Below are positions 1 through 9,977 of a DNA stretch of 64,000 bases, piece after piece. Both the position numbers and the translations under genes were made by a program. The DNA is taken from NCBI GenBank assembly GCA_947301965.1, contig CAMYUM010000001.1:190731-254730 (forward strand), written 5' to 3'. This stretch comes from an uncultured Azospirillum sp. Lineage in GTDB: Bacteria > Pseudomonadota > Alphaproteobacteria > RF32 > CAG-239. The notes beneath the pieces were generated by a model that was not told where the DNA came from, made no database searches, and saw only the letters and a list, made by a program, of their open reading frames with translations. Within the stretch, counting starts at the first letter, position 1. Every line of letters begins with the position of its first letter.

Positions 1-989
1 CCAACGAGATTATTTACGACGCCTCCGGATACAGGTGAACTTTCCGAACTGACGGTATTACCTATAAAGGTTCCACTTAACTCATTTATTTCACCAAAAT
101 TATATAACACGCCGCCGGATATATCTCCGCTTTGGGATTGGATTGTGTTGCCAATAAAATTTCCGGAAAGTGTGTTTATACTTCCACCGCCACCGACAAA
201 TATGGTTCCTTCTACTTCGCCACTTTCAGTGGTTGTCGAGTTTCCAAGAAAATCAGATAAGACATCTTGGATACTACCAACATTGTCAAGAGTTCCGCCG
301 CAAACTTGCGTATTAGCAGTTTCAGAGCTATTGTTTATAAAAACAGAATCTATATTTCCAATAGAAGCTCGCCAATTTGACAAAGCGCCACCATGAACTT
401 CAGCAACTGGTGATTTTGCACTATTATCAATAAACACGCCTGACACATTTCCTAATTTTGCGTCGTTGTAATTGGATAAAGCTCCGCCATATGCAGAAGA
501 AGTGCTGCTATCAATTGAATTGTTGATAAAGTCGGATTCAACATTTATGTCCGACTTATCTGAATGGTTATAGATTGCCCCGCCTTTGGCTGTTGTAGTT
601 AGATCTTGAAACACTTTGTTGTAAACATTTGTATCGGTTATTTCCGTAACACGAGCATCGGCCTGCTCATAGCCAGAAGAAGTATATTTATAGTATATGG
701 TTGCCGTTTCTTGGTTAGGTAAAACCATATTAAAACTGCCGGTCGCCCCATCAGCATTTGTTGAGTATGTTATGTGGTTATTATTTTTCAAGTTATTGGT
801 ATTAAGGTTGATTTTCCAATAACTGGTGTTTTTGCCATCAGTAGTGGTAAAATTATAATCAGAAGATGTTCCGGCAGTAATGTTATAGACACTGCCATCT
901 TTGTTCTCCGGTGTCCACTCTGCCCATGCCGGTGCACTTAAAAAAGTGGTGGTAAGTAAGACCGTTGCAACAAAGGAAAATTTGGTCAT
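1..989 (-). CDS. Pmp-like (polymorphic-membrane-protein-type repeat) secreted protein, N-terminal ~329 aa; gene continues past window start
   Basis: Minus-strand ATG at ~989 opens a frame with no stop down to position 1, so it is absent from the ORF track. My translation starts MTKFSFVATVLLTTTFLSAPAWA (a signal peptide). It then shows alternating GGA[ILV] motifs (GGAIYN, GGALSN x2, CGGTLDN, GGVLYN, GGVVNN) and FxxN motifs (FINNS, FIDNS, FINNS, FLGNS, FIGNT x2), typical of Chlam_PMP / autotransporter passenger repeats. Confidence 0.6.
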   Translation of the reverse strand, partial: MTKFSFVATVLLTTTFLSAPAWAEWTPENKDGSVYNITAGTSSDYNFTTTDGKNTSYWKINLNTNNLKNNNHITYSTNADGATGSFNMVLPNQETATIYYKYTSSGYEQADARVTEITDTNVYNKVFQDLTTTAKGGAIYNHSDKSDINVESDFINNSIDSSTSSAYGGALSNYNDAKLGNVSGVFIDNSAKSPVAEVHGGALSNWRASIGNIDSVFINNSSETANTQVCGGTLDNVGSIQDVLSDFLGNSTTTESGEVEGTIFVGGGGSINTLSGNFIGNTIQSQSGDISGGVLYNFGEINELSGTFIGNTVSSESSPVSGGVVNNLV

Positions 990-1076
990 GACAAAACTCC
1001 ATAAACAATGGTTTATAAACTATTGTTTATAATAGGATTTAATCGTTAAAAAGTGCTTAAAATCAATAGTTGAGGG

Positions 1077-1811
1077 TTATTTTTTGAATAAGCTGTATTG
1101 AGCATAAATGTTTTGCAAAGCCCCCATAAATTGTCTGTCCTCTAATATTTGAAAAGCCTTGTTGGAGTAGGGGTTGTCAAGCAATCGGAGAACAGACATG
1201 GTTGAAATTTTGTTCGGCAAAAAACGACGGCAAAAAGCGTAAGCTGCGGCTTCAAGATTGGCAACATCGTAACCGATAAATGATAACATTTTAGCAATAT
1301 CATTTTCTTCAGCAAAGCGGCTGCCGTACCATATACCGATATTGTTGGCCGCAAGTTCTTGCCACGGAAAAGCTTTGCCGGGGTCAGGTTTGCGGGTGGG
1401 GGCAATGTCGGAGTGTCCGACAATCATGTCAGGGGCAATATGCCAACGGTCAATAATTTCACGGCAGAGCAAAATGAGTGATTTAATCTGACGTTTGTTA
1501 AAAGCACTTTGTCCGAGTGAGCGGTGGCAAAGTTCAATGCCGATTGAACGTGAATTGATGTCATCAAGTCCGCGCCACGAACTTACACCGGCATGCCAGG
1601 CACGTTTGTCTTCAGAAACACATTGCCAAATGGTGCCGTCAAAATCAATTACATAATGAGAGCTCAGTTCTAGCTCATCAAGACGGGCTATGCCATCAAT
1701 TGCACCATGAGCCATGGAGTGAATGACAAGCATTTCTATCGGGTGAGCGCGTTCGTTAAAATGTTTTAGCGGGGCAGCATTACAGACAAATGGTAGATAG
1801 TTCAATTCCAA
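1077..1811 (-). CDS. ampD: N-acetylmuramoyl-L-alanine amidase AmpD (amidase_2/PGRP fold)
   Basis: 244 aa; LVIHSMA near the N-terminus and HSDIAPTRKPDPG resemble the AmpD family; overlaps the upstream pgeF by ~32 nt, same strand. Confidence 0.7.
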   Translation of the reverse strand: MELNYLPFVCNAAPLKHFNERAHPIEMLVIHSMAHGAIDGIARLDELELSSHYVIDFDGTIWQCVSEDKRAWHAGVSSWRGLDDINSRSIGIELCHRSLGQSAFNKRQIKSLILLCREIIDRWHIAPDMIVGHSDIAPTRKPDPGKAFPWQELAANNIGIWYGSRFAEENDIAKMLSFIGYDVANLEAAAYAFCRRFLPNKISTMSVLRLLDNPYSNKAFQILEDRQFMGALQNIYAQYSLFKK

Positions 1812-2544
1812 AATCTCCGGGTTGTTTAATCAGGTTTAAGTGGCAAAAACGACGATAACTGAAATAATGTTTGTCGTCGGAATAAGTATCTATTCCGGAC
1901 AGAGAAATGTCGCTTATACCAAGCAGTTCAATACGATGTTTGACATATTGTTCCAAGTTGCACAAATATTTTCCGTCGCCGATGGGCTCAAAAAATTGAG
2001 TGTTATCGGGAGATTGAGCAATGAATAAATCACGCATATCATCGCGGGTTTCAAAGTTTTGTTTTTGTAAACAGGGACCTGTAGCAACGGCAATGTCTTT
2101 GGGTTCTGCTCCGTGTTCAAGCATGAGTCTGACGGTGTTTTCAACTATTCCACCCAGAGCTCCGCGCCAACCGGCATGTGCGGCACCGATTATACCGTGT
2201 TTATAATCAGCTAAAAGAATCGGTATGCAGTCTGCAGTGGTTATACCTAAAACAATATTCGGTTTGTCGGTAACAACGCCATCGGCTTCAATTTGATATT
2301 GAGACGGTTGATCAAGATAAACAGCGGCTGATGTATGAGCCTGACACAGACGAACAACTCTTTGACCGGAAAGCCCATAATAAGCACCGACAACATCAAG
2401 GTTGCGTTTTAGGTTTTCAGGATTATCAGAACCGCGGTAGTTAAAATTGAGACTGTTGTAAATGCCTTTAGAAAAACCTCCGGTTCGCCCGAAAAAGGCG
2501 TGTTTGATTGCGGGGAGATTTGGGGCATTGTAAATGTGCGGCAT
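1780..2544 (-). CDS. pgeF: YfiH/PgeF family protein (LACC1/FAMIN-like purine nucleoside enzyme, peptidoglycan editing factor)
   Basis: 254 aa; DUF152-type sequence (HAGWRG, CIPILL, NLN.. motifs); start codon overlaps the deoA stop (TAATG). Confidence 0.7.
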   Translation of the reverse strand: MPHIYNAPNLPAIKHAFFGRTGGFSKGIYNSLNFNYRGSDNPENLKRNLDVVGAYYGLSGQRVVRLCQAHTSAAVYLDQPSQYQIEADGVVTDKPNIVLGITTADCIPILLADYKHGIIGAAHAGWRGALGGIVENTVRLMLEHGAEPKDIAVATGPCLQKQNFETRDDMRDLFIAQSPDNTQFFEPIGDGKYLCNLEQYVKHRIELLGISDISLSGIDTYSDDKHYFSYRRFCHLNLIKQPGDFGIELSTICL

Positions 2545-3854
2545 TATTCTATTACCTCAAAAACAGTTTTGGATTTGCGCGGTTTTTGTTCAGAAACGAC
2601 AATGTTGGAACGCAAAATGTCGGCGGCTTTTTGATATTCGACTTCAGTGTTGGCATGAATGTAGGCTAGCGGGGTTTGAGTGTCAACATAGTCACCGATT
2701 TGGCAAAAACCACTAAAACCGGTAGTGTGATCAATTTTTTGGTCAGGGCGAGTGCGTCCGCCTTTGAGTTCAATAATAGCAAGACCTATATTGCGGGTGT
2801 TCATGCCTGAGACATAACCGGAACATTCGGGAAATACCGGAAGTTTGAGACGGCTTTTGGGTAAATATTTTTCGGGCTTTTCAACAAAGTCTTTAGGCCC
2901 GCCGAGAGATGAAACCATGCGGGCAAAAGTTTCCAAAGCCAATCCGGAATCAATGTTTTTTTGCAGTTGTTTTTTGGCTGCAGAAACAGAAGGGAAAAGT
3001 TTTGACTGTACCAAAAGTTCAGCAGATAAAGTCATAGTAATTTCATGTAGGCGCGAATCGACATTGATATTTTTGAGATAATCAACTGATTCCTGAACCT
3101 CAACAGCATTGCCGACGGTGCTGCCCAAAACCTGATTCATGTCAGTCAAAATGGCTTTGGTGCCGGTGCCGGCGGCATTGGCAACATCAACAATGGAACG
3201 AGCCAAAGCGCGGGCATATTTAATGCTGCTCATAAAAGCACCATTACCGCATTTTAAGTCCATAATAAGATAGTCAAGTCCGGCGGCTAGTTTTTTGGAA
3301 AGAATGGAAGCGGTAATCAGAGGAATTGATTCTACCGTGGCGCAGACATCACGAATGGCATAAATTTTTTTGTCGGCAGGGGCAAGATGTCCGGTTTGAC
3401 CGATAATGGCACAACCGACTTTTTTGACGGTTTTTACAAACAGCTCATTGTCGGGGCAGGTTTTGTAGCCAAGTACAGAGTCAAGTTTATCAAGAGTGCC
3501 GCCGGTGTGTCCGAGACCGCGACCGGATATCATCGGAACAAATGCGCCGCAAGACGCAATCATTGGAGCCATTACCAAACTGATTTTGTCACCGACACCG
3601 CCGGTTGAGTGTTTGTCAACAACAGGTCCGTTAAGACCTTTCCATTTAAGAGTATCGCCGGAATCACGCATGTTGAGGGTTAAAGATGTAATTTCGTCTT
3701 TGCTCATGCCGTTAAGTAAAATTGCCATAGTCATGGCTCCGATCTGACTGTCGGCGATGGTGCCTTTGGTAATACCTTGAACAAAAAAACCGATTTCGTC
3801 CGAACTTAAAGGTTGACGGTCACGTTTTTTGCGAATGATTTCTTGTGGCAACAT
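2544..3854 (-). CDS. deoA: thymidine/pyrimidine-nucleoside phosphorylase
   Basis: 436 aa; HSTGGVGDK phosphate-binding motif and overall length typical of thymidine phosphorylase. Confidence 0.8.
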   Translation of the reverse strand: MLPQEIIRKKRDRQPLSSDEIGFFVQGITKGTIADSQIGAMTMAILLNGMSKDEITSLTLNMRDSGDTLKWKGLNGPVVDKHSTGGVGDKISLVMAPMIASCGAFVPMISGRGLGHTGGTLDKLDSVLGYKTCPDNELFVKTVKKVGCAIIGQTGHLAPADKKIYAIRDVCATVESIPLITASILSKKLAAGLDYLIMDLKCGNGAFMSSIKYARALARSIVDVANAAGTGTKAILTDMNQVLGSTVGNAVEVQESVDYLKNINVDSRLHEITMTLSAELLVQSKLFPSVSAAKKQLQKNIDSGLALETFARMVSSLGGPKDFVEKPEKYLPKSRLKLPVFPECSGYVSGMNTRNIGLAIIELKGGRTRPDQKIDHTTGFSGFCQIGDYVDTQTPLAYIHANTEVEYQKAADILRSNIVVSEQKPRKSKTVFEVIE

Positions 3855-3857
3855 AGG

Positions 3858-4595
3858 TTAATATCCTTTTTTGATGGTTTTGTTTATGTCGTCTAAAAGT
3901 GAGCTGGCACCAATGCGAAAATGTCTGGCATCAAGCGGCCATTTTGTACCCATTATGATTTGGGCCAAAGAAAAATATTGGCGAGCCTGTTCAAAGCTCT
4001 TTATGCCGCCGCTGGCCTTGAAGCCCACTTCGCGTTTGCTTGATTTGATGGTTTCCAAAATAACGTTGGCAGCTTCAGGAGTGGCAGAAACATCAGTTTT
4101 TCCGGTTGATGTTTTGAGAAAATCTATATCATATTCAAGACAAAGACGGCAGGCATCCTGGAGATGACGGATATGGGGAAAAGCTCCGCTTTCAAGAATG
4201 ATTTTGAGAGTAACTTTGTCGGTCAGACTGGTTATGGTATCGAGAAAAATGCGGCAGGCGTCAACATTGCCGTCCAAAAATGTTTTGTAAGGAAAAACGG
4301 CATCAATCTCATCTGCACCGGAAGAAACAGCTTTTTTAATTTCAGCGGCGACGGGGTCGGTTTTGATGTTTCCGTGCGGAAAGTTGACGACCGTAGCGAC
4401 TGAAACGTCGGTGTCCTTGAGGGCTTTGGCGGCAAGATGTACAAATTTCGGCCATACACAGACTGCGGCAACATGATAATCAGAGATTGCAGCTTTTTTG
4501 CAAAGATTGACCACGGTATCATCGCTATCGTTTTTGTTGAGAGAGGTTAAGTCAAGATTTGAAATGAGTTGTTTGGCCAGTTCAAAATCACGCAT
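3858..4595 (-). CDS. deoC: deoxyribose-phosphate aldolase
   Basis: 245 aa; DeoC-like TIM-barrel sequence; 3-nt gap to deoA. Confidence 0.8.
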   Translation of the reverse strand: MRDFELAKQLISNLDLTSLNKNDSDDTVVNLCKKAAISDYHVAAVCVWPKFVHLAAKALKDTDVSVATVVNFPHGNIKTDPVAAEIKKAVSSGADEIDAVFPYKTFLDGNVDACRIFLDTITSLTDKVTLKIILESGAFPHIRHLQDACRLCLEYDIDFLKTSTGKTDVSATPEAANVILETIKSSKREVGFKASGGIKSFEQARQYFSLAQIIMGTKWPLDARHFRIGASSLLDDINKTIKKGY

Positions 4596-4596
4596 G

Positions 4597-5397
4597 TTAT
4601 TTCTCCATAAAATAGGCTTTTATGAGTTTTGTGAGGTTTGTGGCTCCTTTGGAAGCACAGGCAAGAGTTTGTTCATGACTGAGTTTTTGTTTTTGCATGC
4701 CGGCTCCAAAATTGGTAATAACCGACATAGCCACGGTTTTTATACCGCAATATGATGCGGAAATAACCTCGGGAACCGTCGACATACCGACAGCGTCGGC
4801 GCCTAAAATGCGAAAAGCTTTGATTTCAGCGGGAGTTTCAAAGTTGGGGCCGGTAACAAAGATATATGTACCTTGATGGGTTTTTATTTTTAATTTGGTC
4901 GCAACCGATTTAAAACATTTGCGCATTTCGGTATCATAAGCAGAGGTCATATCAACAAAACGGGGACCAATCTTTTCATCATTTTCTCCAATGAGAGGAT
5001 TAAGTCCTGAAAAATTGATATGATCGGTAATAAACATAATTTCTCCGGGGAGAATTTTCGGGTTTAATGAACCGGCGGCATTGGTTATGATCAGCTGTTT
5101 TATGCCGACTTGTTTGAGCGAACTGATTACGTCTTTAATGATTGAGGGGTGATAACCTTCGTAAAGGTGAAAACGTCCCTGCATACACAAAACTTCGTGT
5201 TTGCCCAAGGTGCCGATAACCATCTGCCCTTTGTGCCCGGCTACGGTACTTGTTGGGAATCCTTGAATGTCGGAATATTTTATGACAAGAGGTTTTTTTA
5301 TGCTGTCGGCGACAGCTCCCAGGCCGGAGCCTAAAATGATGGCACAGTGAGGGTGGCGATTGAGCAAAAGTTTTTTGAATTGCCTGATATTAATCAT
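4597..5397 (-). CDS. punA: purine nucleoside phosphorylase (trimeric PunA type)
   Basis: 266 aa; AIILGSGLG and MSTVPEVI motifs of PNP family; 1-nt gap to deoC. Confidence 0.75.
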   Translation of the reverse strand: MINIRQFKKLLLNRHPHCAIILGSGLGAVADSIKKPLVIKYSDIQGFPTSTVAGHKGQMVIGTLGKHEVLCMQGRFHLYEGYHPSIIKDVISSLKQVGIKQLIITNAAGSLNPKILPGEIMFITDHINFSGLNPLIGENDEKIGPRFVDMTSAYDTEMRKCFKSVATKLKIKTHQGTYIFVTGPNFETPAEIKAFRILGADAVGMSTVPEVISASYCGIKTVAMSVITNFGAGMQKQKLSHEQTLACASKGATNLTKLIKAYFMEK

Positions 5398-5399
5398 GT

Positions 5400-5789
5400 T
5401 TAAAATTCCTCAAAAGCTTGCGGCAACAGTTCCGATATGCGGAAATGATGAAATTTTTTATCGGCATCGGTCAATATGATTTTGGTGTTTTTGTCGGAGA
5501 ATTCTTTTATCCTCTGAAGGCAGGCTCCGCAGGGCGTAATCATGCTTTTGCCGTCAGAAATTATGAGAATCTGCTTGATTTTGCGTCCGCCGTCCGCGAC
5601 CATGGTAGCAATGGCTCCGGCTTCGGCACAGGTGCCGCAGGGATAAGATATGTTTTCGACATTACATCCCCCATATATTTTTCCATTGTCAGCCAAAACG
5701 GCGGCGCCGACTCTAAATTTTGAATAAGGAGCATGAGCGTTCTGCATAGCGGTTTCGGCAATTTTGAAAAGTTGTTGAGTATTTTTCAT
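5400..5789 (-). CDS. cdd: cytidine deaminase
   Basis: 129 aa; CGTCAEAGAIA zinc-binding CDA motif; first gene of the minus-strand nucleoside operon. Confidence 0.8.
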   Translation of the reverse strand: MKNTQQLFKIAETAMQNAHAPYSKFRVGAAVLADNGKIYGGCNVENISYPCGTCAEAGAIATMVADGGRKIKQILIISDGKSMITPCGACLQRIKEFSDKNTKIILTDADKKFHHFRISELLPQAFEEF

Positions 5790-5909
5790 GTTATGACTTG
5801 ACCTTAAGCGTTTTATTAATCAATATGCTATTATAATATGCGGGTATTGTGAATATTTGGTAAATATATTTTTGTTTTTGTAATCCGATAACAGATAAAG
5901 AAGGTAAAC

Positions 5910-8900
5910 ATGTTGAAAAAAATAATTCTCGGACTGTTGATTTTGGTTGTGCTTGCGGTTGGTGGTGTGACCGTTTATCTTAATATGATAGATTGGAACC
6001 AACACAAAGCGGTTATTGCAAAGCAATTTTCAGAAGCAACCGGTAAAGAAGTGTCTTTTGACGGGGCGGTCAGTTTCAACCTGTTTCCTTCGCCGTATTT
6101 GGAAGCAACAGACATAAACATGTACAATGTTAACGCCGAAGGCCAAAGAATGGTGTTGGCAAAAATCAAAAAACTTGTTGCTCAGCTGTCATTGAATTCG
6201 CTGATAAGAGGTCGTTTTAATGTGGATAAGATGACAATTGTAAACCCGGAGATTTTTGTAGAACTGCTTGACGAAGGTGAACTGAATTGGGCATCAAACA
6301 AAGTTGAGAATCAGGATTTTGCGGTTAGTAATGTCGATGTTTCTTTCGGCAGTGTAATGCTGGAAGACGCAAAGGTTCATTTTGTGAGCAAAAAATATGA
6401 TTTTCATGTTGTTGCTGACGGGGTAAAAGCCGAAATAATCGCCGGCAGCATATTCGGGCCGTACCGTATTGAGGGAAGTTATGTAAAAGGCGACGTTCCC
6501 GGCGGTTTTGCATTAGACTTGGGCAAGTTCTCGGACAGTTTTGCAACGTCGATAAATGCCGTGTTGAGCCATCCGCAATCAGAGAGCTATGCACGTTTTG
6601 ACGGAACAGTTCTGTTGAAAAATGATGCAGTTAACGGCAATATTACGGTCGAATCAAAAAAGCCGGTTGATTTTCTGAATTCAACTTTTGAAAAAATTAA
6701 TTTGCCGGAAACCTATGAGCATCCTCTGGCTATGTCTTTGGCTCTCAAAAGTGATAAAAGCCAGATTACGCTGTCGAATGTGGTAATAAAATATGATAAG
6801 AGTGCCGGTGCCGGAAATATACTTATTCCGCGGTTGGAAGAAAAAATCGGTGATGAGGAGACAGAGCGGAGAAGGGTTGATGTTGCTTTTAATATGGCGG
6901 AATTTGATATTGTTCCGTTAATCAATGTGATGAAAGATTTTTGGAAGCAATTTGACGGAAAAGATTATATTCCCGAAACCGAATTTGACGTTATCGCCGA
7001 TTTGAAATCAGTAAAAACCTATTATAAAGACCAGGTTATTCGTGATTTGGATTTGAGTGTTGATTTTGTTGATAATGTTTTCACTTTGCGCAAATTTGCA
7101 GTCAGACTGCCGTTTGACGGTGTTGCAAAGGCAAAAGGAGAGTTATTCAGCGTTGAAAAAGTTTTGACCTATAATTTTGATGTTGAGGCCGAAACCACAG
7201 AGTTTGCAAAGACGGCGCAATGGCTGGGGTATGACGTTAAGCCTTTATCAAGTCAGCTGTATAAAAAAGCATCTACAAAATTTACGATTTCGGGAACACC
7301 GCAAACAGTAAAGATTTCTCCTTTTGTGTTTAATGTGGATAAGATCGGCATCAACGGAAAACTCGGTATTGTCAGAGGTGATGTCGATAAATACTTTGTT
7401 ATTGCTGAGGCTGACAATATTAATTTTGACAATTATGTTGAAAATATGCCGGAAGACGTTGCCGAAGGAAAGATTGATGAACAAATTCGTTATCGTTTCG
7501 GAAAACTTGCAGCGCTGAAAGATGTTGACGGACAGTTCAGACTGACACTTAATTCGGGAATTTGGGGGCAAATCCCGTTTGAGAAGCTGTATGCCGAAGG
7601 GGCGTTAAAGGAAGGAGTTCTTAAATTTAAGGAGCTGAGTGTCGGAGAGATGGCTTCGGCGCAGATGATGTTTAAGGGTGCTGTTTTGGGGTTCGGCGGT
7701 GAACCAGAGGTCAAAAATTTGTCGTATGATATTGATGTTAAGGATATGACAGCGTTTACCGAAAGAATGAAAATAAAGATGCCTTCGGTTGATTTGAAAA
7801 ATCTGTCAAAATTTAGCTCAGAAGGTGTGATTAGCGGTATGTTGTCAAGAGTGGCGCTGAAATCATCTTCAAAATTCGGCGACATTGATTTTTCATATGA
7901 CGGTGAAATTGCAAGAAATGAAGATAATTTTGAATTTGGCGGTAAGCTTGATTTACGCAGCAATGATTTTGTAAGGATGCTGAATAATTTTTCGGTCAAC
8001 TATCATCCCGAATATCCGCTCGGATTGTTTAAAATCACAACAGATGTGCGGGGCAATAAAAATACGGTGTTGCTGAAAAATGCTGATGCCAATATAGGAT
8101 CAAACAATTTTAAGGGCGAGTTGCTGTATTCCGTAAACGGAAGCAATAAGCAGCTGAAAACCAATTTGAATATAAACAATATAGAGTTGGAAAAATTCTT
8201 CTATAATACCGGAGCTAAAGCGGAAGTAAGTTCTTTTCGCTCAAAGGGTGAAAAGGTACCATTTTTGAGCAAGCCGGTTTTGAGCAAGGCAAATATAAAT
8301 TATGACTGGCTGAAAAATTGGGATGTTGAGGCGAAAGTTGTTGCCGGAAAATTGTCGTTGTACGGAGAAGCCTTATCAAACGCTTCGTGGGGTATGAAAC
8401 TTAATAAGCAAGTGCTAAAAATTATAGAATTTAAGGCCGATGACGGAGAGGGAGCGGTTAGCGGCGATATTGAATTGAACATTCCGAACAAAAATGCCTT
8501 GAGCGGAAAAATGGGGCTGTATAACATTGACCTTAATCAGGAAAAATGGAACGGGTTGAATTATGGTCTCAAAAAAGGCGTGCTTACGGCTGATTTCAGC
8601 TTTAATACCGGTGCGACATCAGTTGATGAACTGTTGACGCAGTTCAGCGGAAAAGGAACGTTTACGATAAACAAGCCGTTAGTAAAAGGTTGGGATCTCG
8701 AAACAATTGAAACTGATTTGGACAGTCGTGCGACCACCGACGGTCTGAAGATGATGTTGCAAGAAAATTTGAGCCGCGGAGAAACAGCGTTTGATATTTT
8801 TGAAGGAGCTTTTGAGGTCAATAATGGTAATTATAGGATTTATAATACCTCATTTGTATCAGATGTGTACAATGTTGGTGCGGTAGCTCAGGGGAATTTT

Positions 8901-9977
8901 GGTGATTGGACGCAAACGGCAAAATTCCAGGTTTCGTTTAAGGAAAATCAGTCTTTATCAGGTTTCGGATTTTCGCTGGACGGGGCAACAAATGCTCCTT
9001 CACTCGATGTTGATATAGAGGCTCTGTCGGATATGTATATATCCAGAGAAAAAGAAATGATAGCCGAAGCTAAAGCTGCGGAGAATGCAAAAGTTGAGAA
9101 GTACAGGGCTTTGATGGGACTGCAGCAGGAATATGTCGAGAAGTCACGGATAAAATTGGACGAGGCGATTGTTCCGGATTTTGAGGCTTGTAGCGCAAGA
9201 GCCGAAGACGAGAAAATGAAGGTGGCATATGCCCGGATAGGAGAAGAAATAAAATTAATAGAAACCGAAATCAAAGATATTAAAGCCCAGAAAAATATGG
9301 CGGTTGTTACCGATGATGTGATTGCCGATTTGCAAAAACGAAATGATATTTTAGTTGACAAGATTAAAAAGCTTGCGCTCGATTTGAAAGTTTTGCGGGC
9401 GCAAGATGTTCGCCTGCGGGTAAAAGATTATTATGCAAAAGTTTCGGAACGGGCAGGGCAGGTGCAAGAGGCCTATTCAAAATATGCGGATGCAAATGGA
9501 GACTTTGGAAATAGGCTGGCCGCTTTTAATGCACAATATTCTTTAGAGCAGGATCCGAAAGCTCGCGCTATTCGTCAAAAGTTGGACCGTTTGATGTCTG
9601 AAGTTGATACACTAAAACGCCAAGTCGAAAGAGATAATATCGCCGCCAAAAATGTTGATGATGTGGCTTTGTTGGAAGGTTATGCAACAAGCTTTGCCGA
9701 GGCGTATCATCATATTGATAAAAATATTGAGGAGATGAAAAGCTCAATTGATGAGTATGTCCAGTATGTTGAAGCAACAATATCGGCAGAAGAAAAAGCT
9801 TATTATAAAAAGATACATGATGAAAAAGCAAAGCAGAAAATTACCGAAAACGTGGGTACAATAGCAACATCTGACGGCAGAACAGTTACGATAAGACGAA
9901 ATCTTGAGGAAATTGAACGAACCGAAGAACTGATTAAGCAAGAGGGGCGCAGAGTGCTTGATTTCAGCAATGACTGA
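5910..9977 (+). CDS. AsmA-family outer-membrane biogenesis protein with ~350-aa C-terminal coiled-coil extension
   Basis: 1355 aa; N-terminal TM anchor then AsmA-like N-domain (…ATGKEVSFDGAVSFNLFPSPYLEATDINMYNV); AsmA-like C-region around aa 700-1000; last ~350 aa (nt ~8940-9977) are E/K/A-rich heptad-like sequence. Confidence 0.6.
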   Translation: MLKKIILGLLILVVLAVGGVTVYLNMIDWNQHKAVIAKQFSEATGKEVSFDGAVSFNLFPSPYLEATDINMYNVNAEGQRMVLAKIKKLVAQLSLNSLIRGRFNVDKMTIVNPEIFVELLDEGELNWASNKVENQDFAVSNVDVSFGSVMLEDAKVHFVSKKYDFHVVADGVKAEIIAGSIFGPYRIEGSYVKGDVPGGFALDLGKFSDSFATSINAVLSHPQSESYARFDGTVLLKNDAVNGNITVESKKPVDFLNSTFEKINLPETYEHPLAMSLALKSDKSQITLSNVVIKYDKSAGAGNILIPRLEEKIGDEETERRRVDVAFNMAEFDIVPLINVMKDFWKQFDGKDYIPETEFDVIADLKSVKTYYKDQVIRDLDLSVDFVDNVFTLRKFAVRLPFDGVAKAKGELFSVEKVLTYNFDVEAETTEFAKTAQWLGYDVKPLSSQLYKKASTKFTISGTPQTVKISPFVFNVDKIGINGKLGIVRGDVDKYFVIAEADNINFDNYVENMPEDVAEGKIDEQIRYRFGKLAALKDVDGQFRLTLNSGIWGQIPFEKLYAEGALKEGVLKFKELSVGEMASAQMMFKGAVLGFGGEPEVKNLSYDIDVKDMTAFTERMKIKMPSVDLKNLSKFSSEGVISGMLSRVALKSSSKFGDIDFSYDGEIARNEDNFEFGGKLDLRSNDFVRMLNNFSVNYHPEYPLGLFKITTDVRGNKNTVLLKNADANIGSNNFKGELLYSVNGSNKQLKTNLNINNIELEKFFYNTGAKAEVSSFRSKGEKVPFLSKPVLSKANINYDWLKNWDVEAKVVAGKLSLYGEALSNASWGMKLNKQVLKIIEFKADDGEGAVSGDIELNIPNKNALSGKMGLYNIDLNQEKWNGLNYGLKKGVLTADFSFNTGATSVDELLTQFSGKGTFTINKPLVKGWDLETIETDLDSRATTDGLKMMLQENLSRGETAFDIFEGAFEVNNGNYRIYNTSFVSDVYNVGAVAQGNFGDWTQTAKFQVSFKENQSLSGFGFSLDGATNAPSLDVDIEALSDMYISREKEMIAEAKAAENAKVEKYRALMGLQQEYVEKSRIKLDEAIVPDFEACSARAEDEKMKVAYARIGEEIKLIETEIKDIKAQKNMAVVTDDVIADLQKRNDILVDKIKKLALDLKVLRAQDVRLRVKDYYAKVSERAGQVQEAYSKYADANGDFGNRLAAFNAQYSLEQDPKARAIRQKLDRLMSEVDTLKRQVERDNIAAKNVDDVALLEGYATSFAEAYHHIDKNIEEMKSSIDEYVQYVEATISAEEKAYYKKIHDEKAKQKITENVGTIATSDGRTVTIRRNLEEIERTEELIKQEGRRVLDFSND

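Noticed and set aside
1142-1423. Numerous 60-170-aa antisense or overlapping ORFs in the track (e.g. 1142..1423, 7490..7999, 12476..12961, 21689..22036, 33765..34151, 37465..37983, 62678..63115)
   Set aside because: They lie entirely inside well-supported conserved genes on the opposite strand or in another frame, have no RBS, and give low-complexity translations. I treat them as spurious.
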